DNA of 63,563 nt, filler included, from Folioceros fuciformis (GCA_049999805.1; 23 parts of 23 records of this genome joined end to end with filler, not necessarily neighbours in it), one strand, 5' to 3'. Shown: positions 48,427-62,379, counted from the whole stretch's first letter. Program-made: numbers and translations. Notes: generated by a model from the sequence alone, not told the origin.

Positions 48427-49877
48427 NNNNNNNNNNNNNNNNNNNNNNNNNNNNNNNNNNNNNNNNNNNNTTAATTAATTAANNNNNNNNNNNNNNNNNN
48501 NNNNNNNNNNNNNNNNNNNNNNNNNNGTAGGGCAGTAGTAGACAAGGCTTGACCTAGGCAAGAGTCAGTATTAGAAGAAACCTGTGTTACTTGACACAAA
48601 TCATTCCCTTGGGACCAAATCCCATGGCTACAATGACATAGAGGGTTTGTGTGGGCCTTGCAGTGTCCTCAAACACAACATTTTCCTCCACAGTAGGCCA
48701 CGGAGTTGGCCATCGGACAAGGGGGGATAGCACAGCCTCCCGTCATGAGCTAACTCTTGGCATCCGGTAGAGGGCGGAGCCCTCTTGATGACGAAGGCTT
48801 GGGGACACATCCAAGGGTGGCGAGCAAGAGGATGGAGATGGAGGGGGAAAAGAAGGAATTGAACACAAACATAGAAAGATCCAAGGCCCCTGTTGTGATA
48901 GCAGGTCTGACTTTTACGGCAGAGATAGGGTCGTAGCCTAGGGAACAATCATAAATACAAAAAACATCCTAAGACTTGGGCACAGTAGTCCTACTAGACA
49001 ACAATTGGCTCATTATCATCAAACCTTAATGAGCCAACGGCAGAGTGGGCATGGTGGGTCCGGAAGAGGAATTTGCGGGAGATCTGCGTGTCAGTTTGGT
49101 AGGGCCCAGAGAGGATTGTGCTCCTCCAATCACGATTGGCAGTTTGGCACAACCAGCTTAAGGGGACCGGACTAGCAATTGGAGGTCTGGTGAGGAAGGT
49201 CCAACGGCGGGGTGGTCAAGGCTGCCAGGTGCCGTTCGTTCACCCATAGGTGTTGGTCCTGTCAGCACCGCTTCCACTGTCTCAGTGAGGACCCGGAGTA
49301 CCTCTCCATGGAAGAAGGCATGATTGTCATCTAACTGTTGGATGGCATTAATGACCATTCTCCGGAGGGTCCTGTACTTTGGTTGCCATTGTGCCTCCAG
49401 GAGCTCAACATGTTGTGCAGTGATAATGTTGATGTGTCGATGGAGCTCTTCCAAAGCACCGGAGGTGACCGTCGCCGATTCTTGAAGACAGAGGGCAGAA
49501 ACAACTTATGTCTGAGCCCATAGCAAAGTGACTTTGCTGATGAAATATGACCTATTTAGGGCAACCTTCACTAGTGACACTATCAGAGAGCATACTGGAG
49601 CACGTAGGCGTAGAATAGAGAATACATTAGTGGAAGTTACAGTCGCATGTCTTATGAACGCNNNNNNNNNNNNNNNNNNNNNNNNNNNNNNNNNNNNNNN
49701 NNNNNTTAATTAATTAANNNNNNNNNNNNNNNNNNNNNNNNNNNNNNNNNNNNNNNNNNNNACAATCACCCAGCAATTTCTCAACGATTTCTCAGCAAAT
49801 CTCCTCCAACAATCTTCCACGGTTCTCTTCAGTCTTCCAGCTCTCTCTCCTCACCAGATTCAGCACGCAGCTGATGG

Positions 49878-50295
49878 TTCAGGGAATAAGGGAAGGAGGA
49901 AATCTCCCTCCACTCTAGCAGCGGTGGATTCGTCCCCCTCTTGTCAGCTATGGACAAAAATCAGTCCTTACTCTCTTCTTCTCAACTCACTCCAGCTCCT
50001 CAGCCTCCTTCTCCTCCTTCTCTCACTCACTCTCAGCCTTCTCCTTCTCCTCGACTCAACACACTCTCTTCTCTCACACTCTCCTTCTCCTTCTCAACTC
50101 ACACTCTCTTCAACTCCAGATTAAAAATGCAGTCAACCAGTTCAGGGAATAAGGGAAGGAGAAGCTCTCCCTCCACTCCAGCAGCGGTGGATTTGTCCCC
50201 CTCACTTTCCACTGCAAACACAACTGGCCATTTAGGGAATAAGGGAAGGAGGTGCTCCTTCCACTCCAGCAACGGTGGATTCATCTCCCTCACTT
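49878..50295. repeat. Three dispersed copies of a ~60-bp motif in CT-rich sequence
   Basis: agggaataagggaaggag..ctcc.tccactc.agca.cggtggatt near 49881, 50144 and 50234. Confidence 0.75.
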
Positions 50296-53200
50296 TCAGT
50301 TGTGGAGCAAAAATCCTCAACCCCCCCTAGGAGCGTCTCGCACTCGTTGCCTCACCCAGACCTCTCTAGTCCCACCATGGACAGCGCAGGGGATCTCAAT
50401 CGGGAGGAGTCTCAAACATTTGCTAATCAGAGAGGCACCAACAGGCCCCCTTTGTACAGAGTTTCCAAGAGTGGGAGCCACAACCTGTCATAAAGTCTAG
50501 CTCTAAAATAGTCAACTTTTAAAAAGGTGCTCTTAATGGCAGGCGGCACCAGGTCAGAATAGCATCTTACCAAATCTTATCTAAATACTATTTTCAGATG
50601 CACAAACTCCTAGCTTACCTCAACGCCACTCTCTCTCCTCCTATTTATTCTTCTGGCCCACCTTCCCCTACCACACAAAATCTTCAGGCTCTCCCTCCTT
50701 GCTGCTGATTGGTTAAAGGCTTTCCTTCCATGCTGCTGATTGGACAAATCCTTCTAAAAATATCCATCTCTCCTCCTGTTGGCTGACCCATCTTAGTTGT
50801 CCACTCTCTGCCCTCCAAGGATGCTGGTTGCCTCTTGTCACTCTGGCTGTAATTATTGCTATTCCAGGCCTTCTGGTGCAGGTAGGGTTTCAGCAACCGG
50901 CATTGTCCCTTCGGCTACCTCCGTTGTCGCTCGACTACCGATAGCCCCTTCAGCTACCGGCATTGTCCTTCGGTGATCGTCGTCGAACTTCGGCTACCTG
51001 CTGTCGCCGAGTCACAGCATCCCTGTTTTCCAGCCTAAGTCCACAACTACCTACTCCCAAGCCCCTAGCTTATTTCTTATTTTTAGGGGGGGGGGGTGCG
51101 TATATAAACCTCCTAGTACCCCCCCTCTCCGCCAAAGGCCAAGGACGTCCAGCCACCCCCAGACACTTGGTCTGGCCATCGATTTGCCCAAAGTACCATG
51201 GTCCAAGGAGACTTTGGGTATAAATACCCAAGTCTTATTCACAATCTAAGCCGTCTTACTCGCACTTCCACAAAAAAAATCAAAATCCACCAAATCTGTC
51301 ACTCAAAAAGGGGTTCACGAATATTTTTTCCTTTATAGCTTGGTTGCTTGGCAAGCAGATCCTGGAGCCAAGCAGGCAGCCCGGCACCAGCAGCCAGCCT
51401 AGCCCGGTCCGGCTGCTAGCAGGCAAGCCAGATTTCAAGCGCCTGGACTGGTCAGCAATAGGTCGGCGGAGCCAGGTCGAAGCCAGGAGCAGGCCAGGCA
51501 GGTTGCATGGATCGCAGCCAAGCAGCAAGTGGGGCGGATGCAAGCTGATCGAGACCAGGGCTGGATCCGAAGGCTGGCAAGCGTCCTAGCAGCAAAATCC
51601 AACGCAGTGGCTGGGTGGGTGGGGGATCATGGCAGGTAGCCGGGTAGGCTAGGCGGGCGGCCATCAAGGTCGAACATAGGATATTCCAGGCTATGGCAGA
51701 TGGAGTCCAGGCAAGTAGCAGCCTGCTGGTCGGTTGGGCAGAGATGGTTAGATGGGTGCCAGGATCAATCTAGCAGGTTGGATCGAGGGTGGCTGGTTGG
51801 TTGGATCAAGCCAGGCATCTAGCAAGCGAGGCGCAGGTGGCCTCCGAGCAAGCGGCCCAGCTGCTAGGCTAGCCGGTCTGGCCTGGAAGGTTGGAGGTAG
51901 GTAGCCGAGGCCGGATCGGGGAGCCGGCAGGGCGGCTCAGCAGCTACCGGATCCAGGCCAGGTGGGTAGCGACTGGAGTTGGCAAACAGGGAGGCGGCTG
52001 ACCTGATCGGCGGGCTGTGGGAGGTCGTGGTGGATCAGGCGAGGTGTGCGTGGGTGGAGGCCGGATCGCCAAGACAGACCGAGCATTCGAGCAGGGAGGC
52101 AAGCCGAATTGATAGGGCCCAGCCGGGTTGGCGGGCAAGCAGATGGTAGGAAGGCCGGGGTGGCAAGCTGGCTGGCGATAGCAGCTACGAGTAGGCACAG
52201 GCATTCAGCAGACGGCCAGGTCCGAAGGTAGGTGATGGCGAAGGGCTCTGATAGCGCTGTGGAGGGGTGCTAAATCGGGGCAGTGCAAAGTAGGGGCTAG
52301 TATCCAGGGAAGAATACGGNNNNNNNNNNNNNNNNNNNNNNNNNNNNNNNNNNNNNNNNNNNNTTAATTAATTAANNNNNNNNNNNNNNNNNNNNNNNNN
52401 NNNNNNNNNNNNNNNNNNNGTGTACACGGAAAGGGCCAAATGCGTGGACCCCGTGAATTTCAAAAATTGGAGAGGTGGATGTTCCATTCGTGGGCCCTGC
52501 AATTGAGGCACGCCATTGTTTAGAAAACCCTCCTGGTGCTAATGTAGAAGGTCGTGGGCACCGGAACTCCCCTTGAAATAATAAAATGATAGGGACTTGG
52601 TAGTTTTTGTTTTGTTTTGAGCAATAGAGTGAGTGAATAGAGTCCGTGTGGTCTCTTTTATAACCAAGAGTCTCCTTGGCCCATGATAGTTTCACTCTTC
52701 GGTATGATTTTGGCTACTAATAACATGTCCTTGGGCCGTAGAACCCGAAGTTCCTTGGACATTGGTAGTAGTATCCTTGATTTGTTTTTTTGCAATAATT
52801 TGTCCTTGGCCCATGGCTACGAGGTAGGCCGAGCTAGGAGTTCCTTGGCTCTTGGTGGTTTGGAATAACCAGGAGCCTCTGTATAAGGAGGAGGGGGGGG
52901 AGGCATTCCACCACAGTCGCTCATTCAAGTGGGATGGTGGCCGGCACCCCTACGGTGGCTAAGTAAGGAGGGTGCCAATTCAGCCAAGGCGGAGTTAACA
53001 ACCCTAGTGGCGGACTTGAGATGAGAGGCGGACGGAGTGACAACAAGTCGGTGTGGTCATTAGGGTTGGAAAGCATCGGCCTGGGGCGATAAGCAGGAAA
53101 GCACGCAACATTCGAGAAGGAGGGAAACGTCTGAGGGGTGGAGCTTGGAGTGGAGCGGAAGATGGTGACGTATACATCCCAAAAAGGGTCCAAGCTCTAG

Positions 53201-53439
53201 TCCTGCAATCTCTGCCTCATGCTTCCCTCTAACTTCCTCACTTTCACTGGGCACACTCCTATACTAGCACAGGACTGTCATAACACCACTTCTTCCCCAT
53301 GAATCCTAGCCCTAGCTCCTGCACAAAGGAACCCACACGAACCTTCTAGTGGTCCATTTTTGGCCACTGCGCAGTGGAAATCGCTGGCCTTGGTTAGAGG
53401 TAGAGTAGGGAGGCATCGTAATCAACCCTCAAAGAAAGA

Positions 53440-53565
53440 AGACTCTCAAAATTGCTGTGACTGGCCTCATGAAGCCTGGAGAGCTGAGAACTGACAACGG
53501 CTAGACTCTCAAAATTGCTGTGACTGGCCTCATGAAGCCTGCAGAGCTGAGAACTAACAACGGCT
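53440..53565. repeat. Tandem duplication, 2 x 63 bp
   Basis: agactctcaaaattgctgtgactggcctcatgaagcctg(g/c)agagctgagaact(g/a)acaacggct. Confidence 0.92.
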
Positions 53566-55020
53566 GGGTAGTCCGCCAGTTGGCTTTAGCCCCGTTGGTG
53601 GGGCTAGACAAATGGATTTTGTGCTTCCTGCATAGCAAAGAAGATAGATCATATGGGCGATCATTTTCTGGTCTTCCTTCATGAGGTAGTCAGTGGTGCC
53701 CAAGTGAATTGGACCTGAATTATTTTCAAATGGGCATGTGAAGAAAGGGCCAACCTGTTAGCGAATTCACCCCGTCCCTCCTTCCTCTCACCCTTCCTGA
53801 TTCATCTTTTTGCCCGTACTAATTAACCGGGTTTGAAGTGATGTCCTCCCTCCATAGTTGGAAGCCAGTAAAGGAGGTCAAGGTTGAGGAAAAACCTAAA
53901 AATGTTTCGAGGGAGGATTCTAACAGCTGGGAGTCCGAGATGCTGAGAGATGCTGAGGAAGGCTCATACCACTAGCTGAGGTGAGGCCAAGAAAGGGAAG
54001 ACCGGGCCAGGCGAACAGGAATTGGCAACTTCAACCCGAATCACCCGAGCCAAGGCTGCCACGGAATCGCGAGAAGAAGTTGGGAAGGGGAAGAGGCAAC
54101 CCGCATCTGATGCGACATAGAAAAACAACGGGCAGGGGTTAATGAACTTGCGGTTGGAAGAGGAGGGTTAGTGTCGGCGGCGAAGGGTTTTGAGGAGTGG
54201 GAGGATATTTTCGAGGCCTCACCCTTGAGCAGACCAACACAGAAGCGCAAGGCATAGCCCGAGTGAAAGACTGGCTCTGGGCAGAAGCGGAAGGCATAGC
54301 TCAAGTGAAAGAGTGGTTCTAGAAAAGGATGGGGCCGGGTCTGGACCAGATCAGCGACTTATAGATAGGGATTGTCCTTAGCGATGGCCCAGACCCAAAC
54401 ATAGTGCCTCCGAATCGGTATTCCATACAGGTGTTACATTTCTCCAATGGTACCGGACCGATGGGTCCCCAGGGCGATGAAAGATCATGGCCAGCTCACA
54501 CAATGCTGCTGACATCAAATCAAGGAAAAATTTAACAGACGCATTAACGCTACTTGTTACAGGACTCCTCCAGGAACTTATTCCTGTTGCTCAGATCCTG
54601 TGCACGACGTGTGAGATGGAACGGAAATCCCCAGCAAACGACAGAGGGCAATCGGTGAAAAGGAGGACCCCCTTCTACCCAGCAACCCTCTCTCGTTGGG
54701 AGTAATGATGACAAGGTCAGTGAGCACAGGACCTGGCTTGAGTATCCATGGAATTTCTTCGGTGCCAGCTAGGGAGGGTGACGACTGTTGGGGACTTGCA
54801 CGAACAGGTTCATCCCGTCTGATCAGTTGCACACTTCTAACATGTGAACCCTCGCTGGGCCATAGTGATCCAATTCACGACTCTAAGACCCAATGTGAAG
54901 CTGATGAGGGAGCGTTTGACACTCTCCGGCTCATCTAATTGCCAGGTCTGTAACAGCATGTGACCACGACACACACTTCAAGGGAGGATAGACTGCCTTC
55001 ATCACGTCGTGTCCCCAAGA

Positions 55021-57537
55021 TTATGTCCCAATTAACCTTTTGTAGCGTGCATATGCCAGTACACCCCCGAAGATTAGAACGCATGCGGTCCCTGTTAGAA
55101 TAACCACCTAAAACAAGCATGCGGAGAAGCGTGAGTTGGAACAAGAACAAGGGAACTTGTGTATTTGCAAAGAGGAGCTGTCACAGGCCTGGGACCAAAG
55201 GAAACATACCCATTTGAACATATACGAGTGGCCAGTGTTCCAACTATACGGAAGGTTCATTCCGAAGATTCCGGCCACTAGGGCATACAGGGCAGTCACT
55301 ACTGTTGCAGAGCTTAATATAAGCTCCAACTGCGAACACAGTCAACATTATCAGAGTACTTCACCGCTTACACATTCCTGTAGACATGAACAAATGAAGA
55401 TGAATTGTTCTGGAGGAGTCTTGTGAGAAAAGAAAGTCTCTAGCGTGCTGGCAAAACCAACCCCAGGCAGCTGGAGACTACTATCTACAAATCAATGCAA
55501 ACAGCTCGGAGTTAAAGGAGGAAGTTCCATAGAAGTGGGCCAATTGCAGAGAGTCACTTCAACAACGGCTCATGACATCTTCGGAAGAGTGTTGCTACGC
55601 TCACCAGACGAGTTCTTCATGGATGAAACCTAGGAAAGGAAGAACAAAGAATGCAGGCATTGACCTGTATGAGTTGATTCCTGTGGTTGTCAAGCTGCAT
55701 AACAAAAATCGCAAGTGAACCAATCTGTTAAGAGGTATCTTTCCAGGATATCTTCCACATTTGAAAGTGCAAAAACCACAACACATGAAAGCCTCACAAA
55801 AACACAGCCGAACATTCAGGCACGGTAAAAGTAGTCAGCACCTGAATGTTGATGTAGTCCTCTGTGTCATCAATGTATTCTCGAAGCTGCAGCCATAAGC
55901 CTAGGAGGGTCCATCAAACACGCGCATGGAAGACAAAACCCAAGATCTCTAGACACCAAAGTAGCTTAATCCACATCACAGAGCAAGGGAGGTCTTAACT
56001 GTTGTTAGCTTGTTTAGAGTACCATCAATCTGCATGAAGTATGCCTGCACAGCTGCAACACTGAGCTTTTTGCAAATAATGCAGCTGATTCGGTCAAAAA
56101 ACTCAGCAGTACTAAAACAACCCACCACATTACCTCCAACAACATTTCAAGCTCCTCAATGTCCTCAGCAGCATGAGTGTAGGTAGACACCGTACTGGCT
56201 CTGCTAGCCCCTCGGGAGATTCTAGAGCCGATTGTTGGCGAGGCAGCAACCCAGTTCCCAGGTGTCAAAGACGTTGCAGCTACAGGAGATGTTGCTCCCA
56301 TCATTTTTCTTGTCAGAAATAGGTCACCCATGTCCCCGTCGTCATCCAGAAGCTGTTCGAGCTCATCCCTCACCTGCCATTTCCAATTTAGCGGCTATAG
56401 AAAAGCACGGTAGAGGAGAATCCATAACAACAAGGCTACTACATTAATGCTCAAACACTGTGCGATACGGCAGAAAGGGAAACACATTTACATCAAATTG
56501 CAAACCTCTTATGTCAGTGGACCACCTTTTGCACACGAGCAGTGAGTCTGGTCATCCCACTCTTCAGCTTTCTTACTTTGTCCAAATTCCGGCTGTTAAT
56601 CTGACAGAAGGCCGATAACCAGGGTCAGAATCACAACCACACACTAACACATGCCCTGAGACCTCCAAGACAAAAAACAGGAGGTCTTCACCATGGAGGT
56701 TTCGTGCCTTATTAGTCAGCTCATCTAGAGCCGGATATGCAGATGTCTCAAGTTCTGTCATGCGTGCATCCAGGAAGCTACAAATCGCCTCCAAAGCCAC
56801 CTCCAATGCCCTAAACTCGAAAGGGGGAACTGCATCCGGGGATTGTTTTTCTATCAACCTCAGCCAACACAAATGCTGATGTTGAAACAAGAATGTGCAG
56901 GGTAAGAGGCATCTACCCTCTCCACTACTATCCACATCATAGCTCTCTGCTCCAAAATTGTCAGCTTGCTGCACATAATTCTTCACAGACAACCTGCGAG
57001 AGAGCTCTTCAACAATTGGTATCACGTGTTCTCCCGCCGGGTTCCTCAACAAGACCTGCATGACCCGCGCAGAGGCTTCAGAACCTTTCCTTCCACGCCT
57101 ACAACGACACTGTGCACATAACATTAAAGCATTACCTCTTCAGATGTTATAATAGCCTTGATGTGCTACAAAACAGAAGAAGCAAATGCATACATCAGTC
57201 CAACACTCAACGTCTGCACAACACAAAGGGAGAAAAAACAGCTTGGACAGAGCCTACTCGCTAGCTTTAGGTTTCCATTCACAAGACGTGCTCTCACAAA
57301 CACAAACAAGGCAATCCTCACCTCAAGATTCAGCACAATGGCCCGTTCACGCCCTAGGATTGTCGACGGGTAGGACAGCAGGGGATCTAGAATTCGAAGA
57401 TCACGAGCATGTATCCCTACCCGATGCATGATCGCATACTTGTCCACGTCCAGAGCAGTCCTGTGGCCATGCGTGTCCAGCAAAACCCAGCTCGTGCGAG
57501 ATGAGCCCTTCTTCGGCCCCTGTGCCTGGCCTTCCAT
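55021..57537 (-). CDS. MRS2: MRS2/CorA-family magnesium transporter, 11 exons, 389 aa. Exons: 57537-57322, 57165-57136, 57055-56917, 56850-56708, 56600-56526, 56373-56134, 56044-56000, 55886-55842, 55694-55665, 55329-55210, 55107-55021
   Basis: [96 protein letters not shown] motif with two TM helices; exons splice in frame to 1170 nt ending in TAA. Confidence 0.95.
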
Positions 57538-59354
57538 GGCTGCTCTTCGCCGCGTGGCCGCCCGAGCACACCAATTCCCGCAAATCGACCTGCTGCAGCA
57601 TTGCACAAGGCAGACCTGGAGCGGTGAACATACTCCCTTACAGAATCCGGGGCCGTAGAGTCTCCATGTCGCGACAGTTGTGATAATTAAAAACAATTAC
57701 TTTATTCAAAACTTGTTAAACGCACTGAAAATTTCCCAATTTCTCTGGGGGTTACCGTTCGAAGTTTAAAATCGTCGCGGGACCACCAAGCCGCAATCTC
57801 AGGGTCCTGCAAAGCGCGCACCAGGTTTTCCCGTACCTCGGCCCCGGCATCCCCGAGGCCGTGAAATGGGGAAATGCTAAGACCTGGAGTTTGCGGACTG
57901 GTGCTTCAAACAAGTCAGGCACATCGGCTCTCTATCCTACTCGACAGTGCGCGCGGCCTTCGCCTGGTTCCCCTCCTCACTTCTCTGCATTCTCGGCTCG
58001 GCTCCGCTCGGTGCTGCTTTTTGTTCCTCGTCCATTGCCAGCGTGCATGTTCGCCGTGTTCCAATTCGCTTCGTGCTTTTCTGTATNNNNNNNNNNNNNN
58101 NNNNNNNNNNNNNNNNNNNNNNNNNNNNNNTTAATTAATTAANNNNNNNNNNNNNNNNNNNNNNNNNNNNNNNNNNNNNNNNNNNNTCATCGTTGAGAAA
58201 TATTTTATTTTCTAGTATTATCAAAAAAATTATTAAGAAATATTTTATTATTATAGCTTATTGAGATGTTATTAAATTAATTAATTTATAATTATTGGAT
58301 ATTTTATAAAAAATATTAAAAATATATTAGATACAAAGATTTTGAATATGTTGAATAGAAAAAAAAATTGGATGTATAATTATATTTGTTTATAATTATA
58401 TAGAAATTGGTAAGACTTAATGTTTTGATGCATTACTTATAACTAAATAAAGGTCAATGAAGTAACAATTTTCAAACTTCTTGCATCCTTTGGAGGTTAA
58501 CCTTAAAATAGCCAATAATATCAAATTGAAGACTTGAAGACTCACTACTTAAAACTTAAAGTAACCAATAGTCTCAAATCAAGACTTTAACCATACATTC
58601 AAAACTCTAAGCAATCTATAGCAACTGTGAAACTTGATTATTTTGAATAGTTTTAGTTAATGCATCATACTACATTAATCTAATTACATCTAAAAAAATT
58701 GATTTAAAGCATTCAATAGTTTTGTTTGTAGAATCATTGGGTGGTGTTTGACCAACCACGTAACATTGGATTAAGAGTGAACATTATGCAGGTTTCGCAC
58801 AAAAACCTTGAAGTTGAGACCTATGCATGGCTCACACTTAGTCCTTATACAATATTTGCTTATTCCATTTATCGAGTAGGTTCACATAAAAGAGGAGAGT
58901 TGTTTTCTCTTTTTTTTGTTTCATTTATTGGGTTTCTTTATTAATGGTTGGGAGTGTTGATCCTTTTAGCTAGTGGAAGAGTAAGATTGTGCATGCTGCT
59001 GAGGGAGGGTTTTGCAAGACTTTGTGTGTGTTGGCTGCCACCTCACCTTCACCCTCCACATCGTGCATGTGGCCCTCACAAACCCACTGTGCCATGGGCA
59101 CAAGCATGTATGCATGGATGTGGGCTCAATGGTGTAGCCCTAGTATTTATGCACTTGTGAGGGACCCCGTGCACTACTCTTAGGAAATACTATAGGCAAT
59201 GTGGTTGTGGCAACATGCCATCACCTGCGAGCGAGAGCAAGGTTGTAGTGTGCAATGCAACCGTGTGGAAAATTAGTGCCAAGACACATTTAGTGCATTG
59301 GTCTCAACATCAATTTCTTATGCATATGCTAATGGGGCACCTACGTAGAAAGAG

Positions 59355-59557
59355 AAGTTCACATTTTGAGTAGTCCCCAACAGTCCTTAGGTACTCTATG
59401 TAAGCGGGTGTAGAGAAACAGTTAGTGTGGGCAAGTTCACATTTTGAGTAGTCCCCAACAGTCCTTAGGTACTCTATGTAAGCGGGTGTAGAGAAACAGT
59501 TAGTGTGGGCAGGTACTCTATGTAAGCGGGTGTAGAGAAACAGTTAGTGTGGGCAAG
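59355..59557. repeat. Tandem repeat, 2 x 78 bp plus a partial copy
   Basis: aagttcacattttgagtagtccccaacagtccttaggtactctatgtaagcgggtgtagagaaacagttagtgtgggc. Confidence 0.93.
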
Positions 59558-59954
59558 CCAAAACACATACTTTGAAATTGCTAGCTAGAAAGTCATGCGC
59601 AAACGGATAAGGTTAGCACTTAAATTCATGGGACCAACAAACAAGGCATGTATATCATGTTGAGAGACACCTCTTCTGTCAATAGGATCGACTCCAGTCT
59701 ACCTGCAAGTGTAGGAGAGGAGAGGAGAGAAGAGAGGGTGGTATTGGTGATCNNNNNNNNNNNNNNNNNNNNNNNNNNNNNNNNNNNNNNNNNNNNTTAA
59801 TTAATTAANNNNNNNNNNNNNNNNNNNNNNNNNNNNNNNNNNNNNNNNNNNNAACGAAACCCAATGTCTCAACGACAGTGGGATAAGTGTGGCCACTAAA
59901 GGTGGGACCCGTCGGCAATCAGTGCCCTGGGTTTTGCCTCCACAAGTGGTCATC

Positions 59955-60062
59955 GTTAAGCCGTATAGGAGAGTGCCCGCTGTTGAGCCGCAGAGGAGAG
60001 TGCTCGCCGTTGAGCCGCATAGGAGAGTGCCCTTTGTTGAGCCGCAGAGGAGAGTGCCCGCC
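59955..60062. repeat. Minisatellite, 4 x 27 bp, with a further unit at about 60962-60990
   Basis: gttgagccgca(g/t)aggagagtgccc(gc). Confidence 0.9.
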
Positions 60063-60117
60063 ATTCAGCAGTGGAGGAGACTTTCCACTTATGCATGCCA
60101 TTTGCATGATTGTGTAG

Positions 60118-60935
60118 GTAATCAACTATGCCAGCTGATACAACAGGGTATATTCATCGCGTAGGTCAAACAGGGAGGGCAGGATAAAGTGGTGTTGCTA
60201 TCACGCTGATGAGTGCCCGCATTGGAACTTCGGTGCTGCTCTCGATGCTCATCATGCAGAACTTCCTCACAGCGTAGGATGAATTTGGTAGGTTGGACCC
60301 AAAGATGAGAGTTGTGGAATGAGATCCAATCAGCATTGGATGGTGTGGAGGAGGTCGAAAATGAAGGGAAGCATATCTTGGAGTATCCCCTACTGACAAA
60401 CGCTGCCGTTGAATCTTTAAGATATAGGGCTGAGGTGAAAATCATAACCGTTTTTGTTGTGGCTAGTGAGATTATTGGCCTTCCTCACGGAGTTGCATAT
60501 ATCATTCTGATGTAGCTCTTGCATTTCCAGGATGTTGCTCGGAAGATCACTACGTTTGCTGTGAAAGAAGCACGAGTGAAGGAATTACGCATCGAGGTCC
60601 TGAATTTAGAGAGGTAGGTTGCGAAACTTTCTACACTGCTGCCGTTCCTTCTCAAATCAACCAGTGTAGTAGAATTGATGTTGTGTTATGTGCACGTTGA
60701 AGGCTCATTTTGAGGACAATCCTAAGGATTTGGGTGAGTCTCGATAGGAAGCTAATCTTGTGTTGGACTGGGAAAGCATGGGCTAATAACATTACTTGCA
60801 AGGGTCTTGCAGAACTGTTATAGCACGACAAGGTGCTAAGTAAGAAAGCACCTGCTCAGCATCTTTCGATTGTTCCAGAGTATCTGCAAGACCCGCTGTT
60901 GAGGCTGCTAGCAGATCTCTGAAGCTGGCTGATGA
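60118..60935 (+). pseudogene. RH16: Intron-containing 3' fragment of a DEAD-box RNA helicase gene (DDX56/Dbp9/plant RH16 type), degenerate
   Basis: VINY..PADTTGYIHRVGQTGRAG (motif VI); YPLLTNAAVESLRYRAE|DVARKITTFAVKEARVKELRIEVLNLER|LKAHFEDNPKDL|ELL*HDKVLSKKAPAQHLSIVPEYL; stops, frameshifts, one mutated donor; recognised from memory of the family, not by search. Confidence 0.8.
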
Positions 60936-61210
60936 AGTTATCGGTCAAGCGCTACACCTTCATTGAGCCGCGTAGAAGAGTGCCCGCCGAAGAGCCGAGT
61001 CCTTGACTTCGTGTGTGCTATGTGTAGGGATCTGCCCATTGTCGCCACGCGCTTGCAGCCTTGTTGTGAGGTAATTCCAAGGTACTCAGTGGCAATCAAA
61101 TTTTTGGATGGCACAACGGGCTCTCTAAAGTTTCTGGCTAACGTTGGCTTGACATAACAAGCTCTCTATCTCAACAGGTTTGGAAGGTTTCTAGGCTTCT
61201 AGGTTTGGCT

Positions 61211-62279
61211 ATGGCTGGGCAACAAGGTCATGGTGGTGAGTCTTCGCTACAAAGACGACCTTTCCAAACTTTTTCGAGTTATTTATTTGGCTTAGGAGGG
61301 GAGTTGACAGTTCAAAGCTACAACTTTGAACAGTCCTCTCAGACGTGGAGCCAAACTCCAAGTCAACAAATATCGCAAGCATGCTCCCCTTATGAGCAAC
61401 AAGCATTCTCAATGCCTCTGCTTGGAGGGGTCATGCTAGGCTCTGGTTTCAAACGGCCTACACCAGGCAATGTCATTGACCTATATACTGGTCATGAGGT
61501 TCCAATTTCATTGGACACTTGCACAGGGTCAAAGAAGCGTAGGGGGAAAAGCAAAAGCACTTGGAACTTGAAGGGGAGGATCAAGTTCAAAGAACAAGTG
61601 CTGGAAGGGGTCCACAATGGACTGAACACCATACCATCTACTTGATCCACCTTACGGGTTCTATGGAGGAGGATTTCAACAAAGCACCCAAGCAAGGTAT
61701 CGACGTGTGGAACAAGCTCTACACGAGATTGTGTGTGGTCTGCCCGAATTTCGACAAGGATTCTAAGGCATGTCATCAGAAGCTCAAGAGCCTTACAAAA
61801 AAAATAAAGGAAGGACAAAGCGGAGAACGAGACAAGTGGGCATGGAAGGTATGATAAATGTAAGTTTTTTTATCTCATGGATGAATACCATGGTAAACGT
61901 CCTATGGTCAATTGCCATGCACATGCCAGCTCCCTTCCTAGGACATTTGCTATGCCCGAGAGGCTCTATGGACTCTACTATGGGCTCTACTTTTTTGGAT
62001 GTCACAGATGGTTTGGAGAGTGAACCTAAGCCACCACCAGATGATGAGCCCATACACCAGGAATCAAATGGTCAAGCCCCGTTAACAGGTGGCCAAAAAA
62101 AGAACAAGGCAAGAAAGAGAGACCCAAGTCTGGCAACTATGGAGTAGATGGCTAAGCACACAGAATGTTTATTACAAGAGTACAAGGCAATTGAAGCGCA
62201 GAAGTTGACTTTACTCTAATCCATGAACGACGCACTTGGCAACTTGGCAACATACTTGATGCACAAACAGAACACATGA
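61211..62279 (+). pseudogene. Myb/SANT-like (trihelix) DNA-binding ORF, PIF/Harbinger ORF1-like, frameshifted
   Basis: QWTEHHTIYLI...DVWNKL...KDSKACHQKLKSL, then FFYLMDEYHGKRP, a KKNKARKR basic patch and a C-terminal helix. Confidence 0.62.
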
Positions 62280-62379
62280 NNNNNNNNNNNNNNNNNNNNN
62301 NNNNNNNNNNNNNNNNNNNNNNNTTAATTAATTAANNNNNNNNNNNNNNNNNNNNNNNNNNNNNNNNNNNNNNNNNNNN

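Noticed and set aside
51280-52319. GC-rich ORFs on both strands
   Set aside because: Degenerate short-repeat sequence, no domain recognised
57538-57696. N-terminal extension of MRS2 from the supplied ORF 57166-57696
   Set aside because: Non-ATG start, and it probably runs through a 5'-UTR intron (acceptor near 57589); ATG 57537 gives a family-typical 389 aa
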